Origin: the human T2T-CHM13v2.0 reference genome, Homo sapiens | Assembly (NCBI RefSeq): GCF_009914755.1 | Contig: NC_060933.1 | Reading direction: 5' to 3' (one strand) | Length of the DNA: 64,000 bases | Shown: piece after piece, positions 1 through 13,100 of the stretch | How positions within the stretch are numbered: position 1 is the first letter of the stretch | How the letters are laid out: every line of letters begins with the position of its first letter | Notes under the pieces: generated by a model | Told to the model about the DNA's origin: nothing | The model's database searches: none | The model's input: the letters and a program-made list of their open reading frames with translations, nothing else | Position numbers and translations under genes: made by a program

Positions 1-49
1 ACACTCTTTTTGTGGAATCTGAAAGTGGATATTTGGATAGCTTTGAGGA

Positions 50-66
50 TTTCGTTGGAAACGGGA
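50..66 (+). promoter_or_regulatory. CENP-B box in monomer A (representative; normally 4 intact boxes per 11-mer, in A, C', A and C)
   Basis: TTTCGTTGGAAACGGGA matches the essential pattern NTTCGNNNNANNCGGGN. Confidence 0.95.
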
Positions 67-216
67 TTACATATAAAATCTAGAGAGAAGCATTCTCAGG
101 AACTTCTTTGTGATGTTTGCATTCACGTCACAGAACTGAACATTCCCTTTCATAGAGCATGTTTGAAACACTCTTTCTGTAGTATCTGCAAACGGACATT
201 TCAAGCGCTTTCAGGC

Positions 217-233
217 CTATGGTAAGAAAGGAA
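217..233 (+). promoter_or_regulatory. pJalpha-type site (representative; occupies the box position in monomers B, D and G)
   Basis: CTATGGTAAGAAAGGAA resembles the pJalpha motif CTATGGTGAAAAAGGAA and sits at the position homologous to the CENP-B box. Confidence 0.7.
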
Positions 234-387
234 ATATCTTCAAATAAAAACTAGACAGAAGCATTCTCAGAAACTTATTTGCGATGTGTGTCCTCAACTA
301 ACAGAGTTGAACCTTTGTTTTGATACAACATTTTGGAAACACTCTTTTTGTAGAATCTGCAAGTGGATATTTGGATAGCTTTGAAGG

Positions 388-404
388 TTTCGTTGGAAAC
401 GGGA
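388..404 (+). promoter_or_regulatory. CENP-B box in monomer C (representative)
   Basis: TTTCGTTGGAAACGGGA with all nine essential positions intact. Confidence 0.95.
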
Positions 405-729
405 ATATCTTCATATAAAATCAAGACAGAAGCATTCTCAGAAACTTCTCTGTGATGTTTGCATTCAACTCATAGAGTTGAACACTTCCCTTCATAGAGC
501 AGGTTTGAAACACTCTTTTTGTAATATTTGGAAGTGGACATTTGCAGCGCTTTGAGGCCTATGTTGAAAAAGGAAATATCTTCTCCTAAAAACCAGACAG
601 AAGCATTCTCAGAAACTTCCTTGTGATGTGTGTACTCAAGTAACAGAGTTGAACCTTACTTTTGACAGAGCCGTTTTGAAACAGTCTTTTTGTAGAATCT
701 GGAAGTAGATATTTGGACACCTTTGAGGA

Positions 730-916
730 TTTCTTTGGAAACGGGATATCTTCATATAAAATCTAGACAGAAGCATTCTCAGAAACTTCTTTGTGCTGTA
801 TGTCCTCAATTAACAGAGTTGAACCTTTGTGTGGATACAGCATTTTGGAAACACTCCTTTAGTAGAATCTGCAAGTTGATATTTAGATAGCTAGGAAGAT
901 TTCCTTGGAAACGGGA
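730..916 (+). other. Two adjacent degenerate CENP-B boxes in monomers E (730-746) and F (900-916), representative
   Basis: TTTCTTTGGAAACGGGA and TTTCCTTGGAAACGGGA. The G of the essential TTCG is replaced in both. Confidence 0.9.
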
Positions 917-1115
917 ATATCTTCATATAAAATCTAGACGGAAGCATTCTCAGAAAGTGCTTTGTGATGTTTGCATTCAAGTCACAGAGTTGAATATTCC
1001 CTTTTATAGAGCAGGTTTGAAACACTCTTTCTGCACTACCTGGAAGTGGACATTTGGAGCGCTTTGAGGCCTATGTTGAAAAAGGAAATATCTTCCCATA
1101 AAAACTAGACAGAAG

Positions 1116-1795
1116 CATTCTCAGAAACTTGTTTGTGATGTGTGTATTCAACTAACAGAGATGAACCTTTCTTTTTACAGAGCAGTTTTGAAACACTCTT
1201 TTTGTGGAATCTGAAAGTGGATATTTGGATAGCTTTGAGGATTTCGTTGGAAACGGGATTACATATAAAATCTAGAGAGAAGCATTGTCAGGAACTTCTT
1301 TGTGATGTTTGCATTCAAGTCACAGAACTGAACATTCCCTTTCATAGAGCATGTTTGAAACACTCTTTCTGTAGTATCTGCAAGCGGACGTTTCAAGCGC
1401 TTTCAGGCCTATGGTGAGAAAGGAAATATCTTCAAGTAAAAACTAGACAGAAGCATTCTCAGAAACTTATTTGCCATGTGTGTTCTCAACTAACAGAGTT
1501 GAACCTTTGTTTTGATACGGCATTTTGGAAACACTCTTTTTGTAGAATCTGCAGGTGGAAATTCGGATAGCTTTGAAGGTTTCGTTGGAAACGGGAATAT
1601 CTTCATATAAAATCTAGACGGAAGCATTCTCAGAAACTGCTTTGTGATGTTTTCATTGAAGTCACAGAGTAGAATGTTCCCTTTTATATACCAGGTTTGA
1701 GACACTCTTTCTGCACTATCTGGAAGTGGACATTTGGAGCGCTTTGAGGCCTATGATGAAAAAGGAAATATCTTCCCATAAAAACTAGACAGAAG
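1116..1795 (+). repeat. Representative 4-mer HOR unit, 680 bp (A, B', C', G')
   Basis: 167+3x171=680. It is distinguished from 7-mer monomers by near-fixed variants: B' AAGCGGACGTTT and GGTGAG, C' GCCATGTGTGTT and ATTCGGATAG, G' GTAGAATGTT and TATACCAGG. Confidence 0.95.
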
Positions 1796-2307
1796 CAGTC
1801 TCAGAAACTTGTTTGTGATGTGTGTATTCAACTAACAGAGATGAACCTTTCTTTTTACAGAGCAGTTTTGAAACAGTCTTTTTGTAGAATCTGGAAGTAG
1901 ATATTTGGATACCTTTGAGGATTTCTTTGGAAACGGGATATCTTCATATAAAATCTAGACAGAAACATTCTCAGAAACTTCTTTGTGCTGTATGTCCTCA
2001 ATTAACAGAGTTGAACCTTTGTGTGGATACGGCATTTTGGAAACATTCCTTTAGTAGAATCTGCAAGTTGATATTTAGATAGCTAGGAAGATTTCCTTGG
2101 AAACGGGAATATCTTCATATAAAATGTAGACGGAAGCATTCTCAGAAAGTGCTTTGTGATGTTTGCATTCAAGTCACAGAGTTGAATATTCCCTTTTATA
2201 GAGCAGGTTTGAAACACTCTTTCTGCACTACCTGGAAGTGGACATTTGGAGCGCTTTGAGGCCTATGTTGAAAAAGGAAATATCTTCCCATAAAAACTAG
2301 ACAGAAG
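1796..2307 (+). repeat. Representative 3-mer variant, 512 bp (A/E hybrid, F, G); other copies start at 11668, 14732, 15924, 17628, 19329 and 22393
   Basis: The monomer begins as A (CTTGTTTGTG...GAGATGAACC...AGCAGT) and continues as E (AACAGTCTTT...GGAAGTAGA...TTTCTTTGGAAACGGGATAT). 170+171+171=512. Confidence 0.92.
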
Positions 2308-2987
2308 CATTCTCAGAAACTTGTTTGTGATGTGTGTATTCAACTAACAGAGATGAACCTTTCTTTTTACAGAGCAGTTTTGAAACACTCTTTTTGTGGA
2401 ATCTGAAAGTGGATATTTGGATAGCTTTGAGGATTTCGTTGGAAACGGTATTACATATAAAATCTAGAGAGAAGCATTCTCAGGAACTTCTTTGTGATGT
2501 TTGCATTCAAGTCACAGAACTGAACATTCCCTTTCATAGAGCATGTTTGAAACACTCTTTCTGTAGTATCTGCAAGCGGACGTTTCAAGCGCTTTCAGGC
2601 CTATGGTGAGAAAGGAAATATCTTCAAGTAAAAACTAGACAGAAGCATTCTCAGAAACTTATTTGCCATGTGTGTTCTCAACTAACAGAGTTGAACCTTT
2701 GTTTGGATACGGCATTTTGGAAACACTCTTTTTGTAGAATCTGCAGGTGGATATTCGGATAGCTTTGAAGGTTTCGTTGGAAACGGGAATATCTTCATAT
2801 AAAATCTAGACGGAAGCATTCTCAGAAACTGCTTTGTGATGTTTTCATTGAAGTCACAGAGTAGAATGTTCCCTTTTATATACCAGGTTTGAGACACTCT
2901 TTCTGCACTATCTGGAAGTGGACATTTGGAGCGCTTTGAGGCCTATGATGAAAAAGGAAATATCTTCCCATAAAAACTAGACAGAAG

Positions 2988-4179
2988 CATTCTCAGAAAC
3001 TTGTTTGTGATGTGTGTATTCAACTAACAGAGATGAACCTTTCTTTTTACAGAGCAGTTTTGAAACACTCTTTTTGTGGAATCTGAAAGTGGATATTTGG
3101 ATAGCTTTGAGGATTTCGTTGGAAACGGGATTACATATAAAATCTAGAGAGAAGCATTCTCAGGAACTTCTTTGTGATGTTTGCATTCACGTCACAGAAC
3201 TGAACATTCCCTTTCATAGAGCATGTTTGAAACACTCTTTCTGTAGTATCTGCAAACGGACATTTCAAGCGCTTTCAGGCCTATGGTAAGAAAGGAAATA
3301 TCTTCAAATAAAAACTAGACAGAAGCATTCTCAGAAACTTATTTGTGATGTGTGTCCTCAACTAACAGAGTTGAACCTTTGTTTTGATACAACATTTTGG
3401 AAACACTCTTTTTGTAGAATCTGCAAGTGGATATTTGGATAGCTTTGAAGGTTTCGTTGGAAACGGGAATATCTTCATATAAAATCAAGACAGAAGCATT
3501 CTCAGAAACTTCTCTGTGATGTTTGCATTCAACTCATAGAGTTGAACACTTCCCTTCATAGAGCAGATTTGAAACACTCTTTTTGTAATATTTGGAAGTG
3601 GACATTTGCAGCGCTTTGAGGCCTATGTTGAAAAAGGAAATATCTTCTCCTAAAAACCAGACAGAAGCATTCTCAGAAACTTCCTTGTGATGTGTGTACT
3701 CAAGTAACAGAGTTGAACCTTACTTTTGACAGAGCCGTTTTGAAACAGTCTTTTTGTAGAATCTGGAAGTAGATATTTGGACACCTTTGAGGATTTCTTT
3801 GGAAACGGGATATCTTCATATAAAATCTAGACAGAAGCATTCTCAGAAACTTCTTTGTGCTGTATGTCCTCAATTAACAGAGTTGAACCTTTGTGTGGAT
3901 ACAGCATTTTGGAAACACTCCTTTAGTAGGATATGCAAGTTGATATTTAGATAGCTAGGAAGATTTCCTTGGAAACGGGAATATCTTCATATAAAATGTA
4001 GACGGAAGCATTCTCAGAAAGTGCTTTGTGATGTTTGCATTCAAGTCACAGAGTTGAATATTCCCTTTTATAGAGCAGGTTTGAAACACTCTTTCTGCAC
4101 TACCTGGAAGTGGACATTTGGAGCGCTTTGAGGCCTATGTTGAAAAAGGAAATATCTTCCCATAAAAACTAGACAGAAG
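2988..4179 (+). repeat. Representative 7-mer HOR unit, 1192 bp (A 2988, B 3155, C 3326, D 3497, E 3668, F 3838, G 4009)
   Basis: Monomer starts read directly: A CTTGTTTGTG, B GGAACTTCTTTG, C CTTATTTG, D CTTCTCTG, E CTTCCTTG, F CTTCTTTGTGCTG, G AAGTGCTTTG. Lengths 167+171+171+171+170+171+171=1192. Confidence 0.95.
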
Positions 4180-7100
4180 CATTCTCAGAAACTTGTTTGA
4201 GATGTGTGTATTCAACTAACAGAGATGAACCTTTCTTTTTACAGAGCAGTTTTGAAACACTCTTTTTGTGGAATCTGAAAGTGGATATTTGGATAGCTTT
4301 GAGGATTTCGTTGGAAACGGGATTACATATAAAATCTAGAGAGAAGCATTCTCAGGAACTTCTTTGTGATGTTTGCATTCAAGTCACAGAACTGAACATT
4401 CCCTTTCATAGAGCATGTTTGAAACACTCTTTCTGTAGTATCTGCAAACGGACATTTCAAGGGCTTTCAGGCCTATGGTAAGAAAGGAAATATCTTCAAA
4501 TAAAAACTAGACAGAAGCATTCTCAGAAACTTATTTGCGATGTGTGTCCTCAACTAACAGAGTTGAACCTTTGTTTTGATACAACATTTTGGAAACACTC
4601 TTTTTGTAGAATCTGCAAGTGGATATTTGGATAGCTTTGAAGGTTTCGTTGGAAACGGGAATATCTTCATATAAAATCAAGACAGAAACATTCTCAGAAA
4701 CTTCTCTGTGATGTTTGCATTCAACTCATAGAGTTGAACACTTCCCTTCATAGAGCAGGTTTGAAACACTCTTTTTGTAATATTTGGAAGTGGACATTTG
4801 CAGCGCTTTGAGGCCTATGTTGAAAAAGGAAATATCTTCTCCTAAAAACCAGACAGAAGCATTCTCAGAAACTTCCTTGTGATGTGTGTACTCAAGTAAC
4901 AGAGTTGAACCTTACTTTTGACAGAGCCGTTTTGAAACAGTCTTTTTGTAGAATCTGGAAGTAGATATTTGGATACCTTTGAGGATTTCTTTGGAAACGG
5001 GATATCTTCATATAAAATCTAGACAGAAGCATTCTCAGAAACTTCTTTGTGCTGTATGTCCTCAATTAACAGAGTTGAACCTTTGTGTGGATACAGCATT
5101 TTGGAAACATTCCTTTGGAAGAATCTGCAAGTTGATATTTAGATAGCTAGGAAGATTTCCTTGGAAACGGGAATATCTTCATATAAAATGTAGACGGAAG
5201 CATTCTCAGAAAGTGCTTTGTGATGTTTGCATTCAAGTCACAGAGTAGAATGTTCCCTTTTATATACCAGGTTTGAGACACTCTTTCTGCACTATCTGGA
5301 AGTGGACATTTGGAGCGCTTTGAGGCCTATGTTGAAAAAGGAAATATCTTCCCATAAAAACTAGACAGAAGCATTCTCAGAAACTTGTTTGTGATGTGTG
5401 TATTCAACTAACAGAGATGAACCTTTCTTTTTACAGAGCAGTTTTGAAACACTCTTTTTGTGGAATCTGAAAGTGGATATTTGGATAGCTTTGAGGATTT
5501 CGTTGGAAACGGGATTACATATAAAATCTAGAGAGAAGCATTCTCAGGAACTTCTTTGTGATGTTTGCATTCAAGTCACAGAACTGAACATTCCCTTTCA
5601 TAGAGCATGTTTGAAACACTCTTTCTGTAGTATCTGCAAGCGGACGTTTCAAGCGCTTTCAGGCCTATGGTGCGAAAGGAAATATCTTCAAGTAAAAACT
5701 AGACAGAAGCATTCTCAGAAACTTATTTGCCATGTGTGTTCTCAACTAACAGAATTGAACCTTTGTTTTGATACGGCATTTTGGAAACACTCTTTTTGTA
5801 GAATCTGCAGGTGGATATTCGGATAGCTTTGAAGGTTTCGTTGGAAACGGGAATATCTTCATATAAAATCTAGACGGAAGCATTCTCAGAAACTGCTTTG
5901 TGATGTTTTCATTGAAGTCACAGAGTAGAATGTTCCCTTTTATATACCAGGTTTGAGACACTCTTTCTGCACTATCTGGAAGTGGACATTTGGAGCGCTT
6001 TGAGGCCTATGATGAAAAAGGAAATATCTTCCCATAAAAACTAGACAGAAGCATTCTCAGAAACTTGTTTGTGATGTGTGTATTCAACTAACAGAGATGA
6101 ACCTTTCTTTTTACAGAGCAGTTTTGAAACACTCTTTTTGTGGAATCTGAAAGTGGATATTTGGATAGCTTTGAGGATTTCGTTGGAAACGGGATTACAT
6201 ATAAAATCTAGAGAGAAGCATTCTCAGGAACTTCTTTGTGATGTTTGCATTCACGTCACAGAACTGAACATTCCCTTTCATAGAGCATGTTTGAAACACT
6301 CTTTCTGTAGTATCTGCAAACGGACATTTCAAGCGCTTTCAGGCCTATGGTAAGAAAGGAAATATCTTCAAATAAAAACTAGACAGAAGCATTCTCAGAA
6401 ACTTATTTGCGATGTGTGTCCTCAACTAACAGAGTTGAACCTTTGTTTTGATACAACATTTTGGAAACACTCTTTTTGTAGAATCTGCAAGTGGATATTT
6501 GGATAGCTTTGAAGGTTTCGTTGGAAACGGGAATATCTTCATATAAAATCAAGACAGAAGCATTCTCAGAAACTTCTCTGTGATGTTTGCATTCAACTCA
6601 TAGAGTTGAACACTTCCCTTCATAGAGCAGGTTTGAAACACTCTTTTTGTAATATTTGGAAGTGGACATTTGCAGCGCTTTGAGGCCTATGTTGAAAAAG
6701 GAAATATCTTCTCCTAAAAAGCAGACACAAGCATTCTCAGAAACTTCCTTGTGATGTGTGTACTCAAGTAACAGAGTTGAACCTTACTTTTGACAGAGCC
6801 GTTTTGAAACAGTCTTTTTGTAGAATCTGGAAGTAGATATTTGGACACCTTTGAGGATTTCTTTGGAAACGGGATATCTTCATATAAAATCTAGACAGAA
6901 GCATTCTCAGAAACTTCTTTGTGCTGTATGTCCTCAATTAACAGAGTTGAACCTTTGTGTGGATACAGCATTTTGGAAACACTCCTTTAGTAGGATATGC
7001 AAGTTGATATTTAGATAGCTAGGAAGATTTCCTTGGAAACGGGAATATCTTCATATAAAATCTAGACGGAAGCATTCTCAGAAAGTGCTTTGTGATGTTT

Positions 7101-10100
7101 GCATTCAAGTCACAGAGTTGAATATTCCCTTTTATAGAGCAGGTTTGAAACACTCTTTCTGCACTACCTGGAAGTGGACATTTGGAGCGCTTTGAGGCCT
7201 ATGTTGAAAAAGGAAATAACTTCCCATAAAAACTAGACAGAAGCATTCTCAGAAACTTGTTTGTGATGTGTGTATTCAACTAACAGAGATGAACCTTTCT
7301 TTTTACAGAGCAGTTTTGAAACACTCTTTTTGTGGAATCTGAAAGTGGATATTTGGATAGCTTTGAGGATTTCGTTGGAAACGGGATTACATATAAAATC
7401 TAGAGAGAAGCATTCTCAGGAACTTCTTTGTGATGTTTGCATTCAAGTCACAGAACTGAACATTCCCTTTCATAGAGCATGTTTGAAACACTCTTTCTGT
7501 AGTATCTGCAAGCGGACGTTTCAAGCGCTTTCAGGCCTATGGTGAGAAAGGAAATATCTTCAAGTAAAAACTAGACAGAAGCATTCTCAGAAACTTATTT
7601 GCCATGTGTGTTCTCAACTAACAGAGTTGAACCTTTGTTTTGATACGGCATTTTGGAAAAACTCTTTTTGTAGAATCTGCAGGTGGATATTCGGATAGCT
7701 TTGAAGGTTTCGTTGGAAACGGGAATATCTTCATATAAAATCTAGACGGAAGCATTCTCAGAAACTGCTTTGTGATGTTTTCATTGAAGTCACAGAGTAG
7801 AATGTTCCCTTTTATATACCAGGTTTGAGACACTCTTTCTGCACTATCTGGAAGTGGACATTTGGAGCGCTTTGAGGCCTATGATGAAAAAGGAAATATC
7901 TTCCCATAAAAACTAGACAGAAGCATTCTCAGAAACTTGTTTGTGATGTGTTTATTCAAGTAACAGAGATAAACATTTCTTTTTACAGAGCAGTTTTGAA
8001 ACACTCTTTTTGTGGAATCTGAAAGTGGATATTTGGATAGCTTTGAGGATTTCGTTGGAAACGGGATTACATATAAAATCTAGAGAGAAGCATTCTCAGG
8101 AACTTCTTTGTGATGTTTGCATTCACGTCACAGAACTGAACATTCCCTTTCATAGAGCATGTTTGAAACACTCTTTCTGTAGTATCTGCAAACGGACATT
8201 TCAAGCGCTTTCAGGCCTATGGTAAGAAAGGAAATAACTTCAAATAAAAACTAGACAGAAGCATTCTCAGAAACTTATTTGCGATGTGTGTCCTCAACTA
8301 ACAGAGTTGAACCTTTGTTTTGATACAACATTTTGGAAACACTCTTTTTGTAGAATCTGCAAGTGGATATTTGGATAGCTTTGAAGGTTTCGTTGGAAAC
8401 GGGAATATCTTCATATAAAATCAAGACAGAAGCATTCTCAGAAACTTCTCTGTGATGTTTGCATTCAACTCATAGAGTTGAACACTTCCCTTCATAGAGC
8501 AGGTTTGAAACACTCTTTTTGTAATATTTGGAAGTGGACATTTGCAGCGCTTTGAGGCCTATGTTGAAAAAGGAAATATCTTTTCCTAAAAAGCAGACAC
8601 AAGCATTCTCAGAAACTTCCTTGTGATGTGTGTACTCAAGTAACAGAGTTGAACCTTCCTTTTGACAGAGCCGTTTTGAAACAGTCTTTTTGTAGAATCT
8701 GGAAGTAGATATTTGGACACCTTTGAGGATTTCTTTGGAAACGGGATATCTTCATATAAAATCTAGACAGAAGCATTCTCAGAAACTTCTTTGTGCTGTA
8801 TGTCCTCAATTAACAGAGTTGAACCTTTGTGTGGATACAGCATTTTGGAAACACTCCTTTAGTAGGATATGCAAGTTGATATTTAGATAGCTAGGAAGAT
8901 TTCCTTGGAAACGGGAATATCTTCATATAAAATCTAGACGGAAGCATTCTCAGAAAGTGCTTTGTGATGTTTGCATTCAAGTCACAGAGTTGAATATTCC
9001 CTTTTATAGAGCAGGTTTGAAACACTCTTTCTGCACTACCTGGAAGTGGACATTTGGAGCGCTTTGAGGCCTATGTTGAAAAAGGAAATATCTTCCCATA
9101 AAAACTAGACAGAAGCATTCTCAGAAACTTGTTTGTGATGTGTGTATTCAACTAACAGAGATGAACCTTTCTTTTTACAGAGCAGTTTTGAAACACTCTT
9201 TTTGTGGAATCTGAAAGTGGATATTTGGATAGCTTTGAGGATTTCGTTGGAAACGGGATTACATATAAAATCTAGAGAGAAGCATTCTCAGGAACTTCTT
9301 TGTGATGTTTGCATTCCAGTCACAGAACTGAACATTCCCTTTCATAGAGCATGTTTGAAACACTCTTTCTGTAGTATCTGCAAGCGGACGTTTCAAGCGC
9401 TTTCAGGCCTATGGTGCGGAAGGAAATATCTTCATGTAAAAACTAGACAGAAGCATTCTCAGAAACTTATTTGCCATGTGTGTTCTCAACTAACAGAATT
9501 GAACCTTTGTTTTGATACGGCATTTTGGAAACACTCTTTTTGTAGAATCTGCAGGTGCATATTCGGATAGCTTTGAAGGTTTCGTTGGAAACGGGAATAT
9601 CTTCATATAAAATCTAGACGGAAGCATTCTCAGAAACTGCTTTGTGATGTTTTCATTGAAGTCACAGAGTAGAATGTTCCCTTTTATATACCAGGTTTGA
9701 GACACTCTTTCTGCACTATCTGGAAGTGGACATTTGGAGCGCTTTGAGGCCTATGATGAAAAAGGAAATATCTTCCCATAAAAACTAGACAGAAGCATTC
9801 TCAGAAACTTGTTTGTGATGTGTGTATTCAACTAACAGAGATGAACCTTTCTTTTTACAGAGCAGTTTTGAAACACTCTTTTTGTGGAATCTGAGAGTGG
9901 ATATTTGGATAGCTTTGAGGATTTCGTTGGAAACGGGATTACATATAAAATCTAGAGAGAAGCATTCTCAGGAACTTCTTTGTGATGTTTGCATTCACGT
10001 CACAGAACTGAACATTCCCTTTCATAGAGCATGTTTGAAACACTCTTTCTGTAGTATCTGCAAACGGACATTTCAAGCGCTTTCAGGCCTATGGTAAGAA

Positions 10101-13100
10101 AGGAAATATCTTCAAATAAAAACTAGACAGAAGCATTCTCAGAAACTTATTTGCGATGTGTGTCCTCAACTAACAGAGTTGAACCTTTGTTTTGATACAA
10201 CATTTTGGAAACACTCTTTTTGTAGAATCTGCAAGTGGATATTTGGATAGCTTTGAAGGTTTCGTTGGAAACGGGAATATCTTCATATAAAATCAAGACA
10301 GAAGCATTCTCAGAAACTTCTCTGTGATGTTTGCATTCAACTCATAGAGTTGAACACTTCCCTTCATAGAGCAGGTTTGAAACACTCTTTTTGTAGTATT
10401 TGGAAGTGGACATTTTCAGCGCTTTGAGGCCTATGTTGAAAAAGGAAATATCTTCTCCTAAAAACCAGACAGAAGCATTCTCAGAAACTTCCTTGTGATG
10501 TGTGTACTCAAGTAACAGAGTTGAACCTTACTTTTGACAGAGCCGTTTTGAAACAGTCTTTTTGTAGAATCTGGAAGTAGATATTTGGATACCTTTGAGG
10601 ATTTCTTTGGAAACGGGATATCTTCATATAAAATCTAGACAGAAGCATTCTCAGAAACTTCTTTGTGCTGTATGTCCTCAATTAACAGAGTTGAACCTTT
10701 GTGTGGATACCGCATTTTGGAAACATTCCTTTAGTAGAATCTGCAAGTTGATATTTAGATAGCTAGGAAGATTTCCTTGGAAACGGGAATATCTTCATAT
10801 AAAATCTAGACGGAAGCATTCTCACAAAGTGCTTTGTGATGTTTGCATTCAAGTCACAGAGTTGAATATTCCCTTTTATAGAGCAGGTTTGAAACACTCT
10901 TTCTGCACTACCTGGAAGTGGACATTTGGAACGCTTTGAGGCCTATGTTGAAAAAGGAAATATCTTCCCATAAAAATTAGACGGAAGCATTCTCAGAAAC
11001 TTGTTTGTGATGCGTGTTTTCAACTAACAGAGATGAACCTTTCTTTTTACAGAGCAGTTTTGAAACACTCTTTTTGTGGAATCTGAAAGTGGATATTTGG
11101 ATAGCTTTGAGGATTTCGTTGGAAACGGGATTACATATAAAATCTAGAGAGAAGCATTCTCAGGAACTTCTTTGTGATGGTTGCATTCAAGTCACAGAAC
11201 TGAACATTCCCTTTCATAGAGCATGTTTGAAACACTCTTTCTGTAGTATCTGCAAGCGGACGTTTCAAGCGCTTTCAGGCCTATGGTGAGAAAGGAAATA
11301 TCTTCAAGTAAAAACTAGACAGAAGCATTCTCAGAAACTTATTTGCCATGTGTGTTCTCAATTAACAGAGTTGAACCTTTGTTTTGATACGGCATTTTGG
11401 AAACACTCTTTTTGTAGAATCTGCAGGTGGATATTCGGATAGCTTTGAAGGTTTCGTTGGAAACGGGAATATCTTCATATAAAATCTAGACGGAAGCATT
11501 CTCAGAAACTGCTTTGTGATGTTTTCATTGAAGTCACAGAGTAGAATGTTCCCTTTTATATACCAGGTTTGAGACACTCTTTCTGCACTATCTGGAAGTG
11601 GACATTTGGAGCGCTTTGAGGCCTATGATGAAAAAGGAAATATCTTCCCATAAAAACTAGACAGAAGCATTCTCAGAAACTTGTTTGTGATGTGTGTATT
11701 CAACTAACAGAGATGAACCTTTCTTTTTACAGAGCAGTTTTGAAACAGTCTTTTTGTAGAATCTGGAAGTAGATATTTGGATACCTTTGAGGATTTCTTT
11801 GGAAACGGGATATCTTCATATAAAATCTAGACAGAAGCATTCTCAGAAACTTCTTTGTGCTGTATGTCCTCAATTAACAGAGTTGAACCTTTGTGTGGAT
11901 ACGGCATTTTGGAAACATTCCTTTAGTAGAATCTGCAAGTTGATATTTAGATAGCTAGGAAGATTTCCTTGGAAACGGGAATATCTTCATATAAAATCTA
12001 GACGGAAGCATTCTCAGAAAGTGCTTTGTTATGTTTGCATTCAAGTCACAGAGTTGAATATTCCCTTTTATAGAGCAGGTTTGAAACACTCTTTCTGCAC
12101 TACCTGGAAGTGGACATTTGGAGCGCTTTGAGGCCTATGTTGAAAAAGGAAATATCTTCCCATAAAAACTAGACAGAAGCATTCTCAGAAACTTGTTTGT
12201 GATGTGTGTATTCAACTAACAGAGATGAACCTTTCTTTTTACAGAGCAGTTTGGAAACACTCTTTTTGTGGAATCTGAAAGTGGATATTTGGATAGCTTT
12301 GAGGATTTCGTTGGAAACGGGATTACATATAAAATCTAGAGAGAAGCATTCTCAGGAACTTCTTTGTGATGTTTGCATTCAAGTCACAGAACTGAACATT
12401 CCCTTTCATAGAGCATGTTTGAAACACTCTTTCTGTAGTATCTGCAAGCGGACGTTTCAAGCGCTTTCAGGCCTATGGTGAGAAAGGAAATATCTTCAAG
12501 TAAAAACTAGACAGAAGCATTCTCAGAAACTTATTTGCCATGTGTGTTCTCAACTAACAGAGTTGAACCTTTGTTTTGATACGGCATTTTGGAAACACTC
12601 TTTTTGTAGAATCTGCAGGTGGATATTCGGATAGCTTTGAAGGTTTCGTTGGAAACGGGAATATCTTCATATAAAATCTAGACGGAAGCATTCTCAGAAA
12701 CTGCTTTGTGATGTTTTCATTCAAGTCACAGAGTAGAATGTTCCCTTTTATATACCAGGTTTGAGACACTCTTTCTGCACTATCTGGAAGTGGACATTTG
12801 GAGCGCTTTGAGGCCTATGATGAAAAAGGAAATATCTTCCCATAAAAAGTAGACAGAAGCATTCTCAGAAACTTGTTTGTGATGTGTGTATTCAACTAAC
12901 AGAGATGAACCTTTCTTTTTACAGAGCAGTTTTGAAACACTCTTTTTGTGGAATCTGAAAGTGGATATTTGGATAGCTTTGAGGATTTCGTTGGAAACGG
13001 GATTACGTATAAAATCTAGAGAGAAGCATTCTCAGGAACTTCTTTGTGATGTTTGCATTCACGTCACAGAACTGAACATTCCCTTTCATAGAGCATGTTT

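Noticed and set aside
5398-9570. Longer 142 aa ORFs at 5398 and 9142
   Set aside because: A shared TGA>TGC SNV in two 4-mer copies 3744 bp apart causes read-through. It marks a local duplication and is not evidence of coding function.
10820-11020. Several private substitutions around the G/A junction (10825, 10931, 10977, 10983, 11013, 11018)
   Set aside because: They are spread over about 200 bp with no identifiable donor monomer, and I cannot separate them from a slightly older copy without a statistical test.
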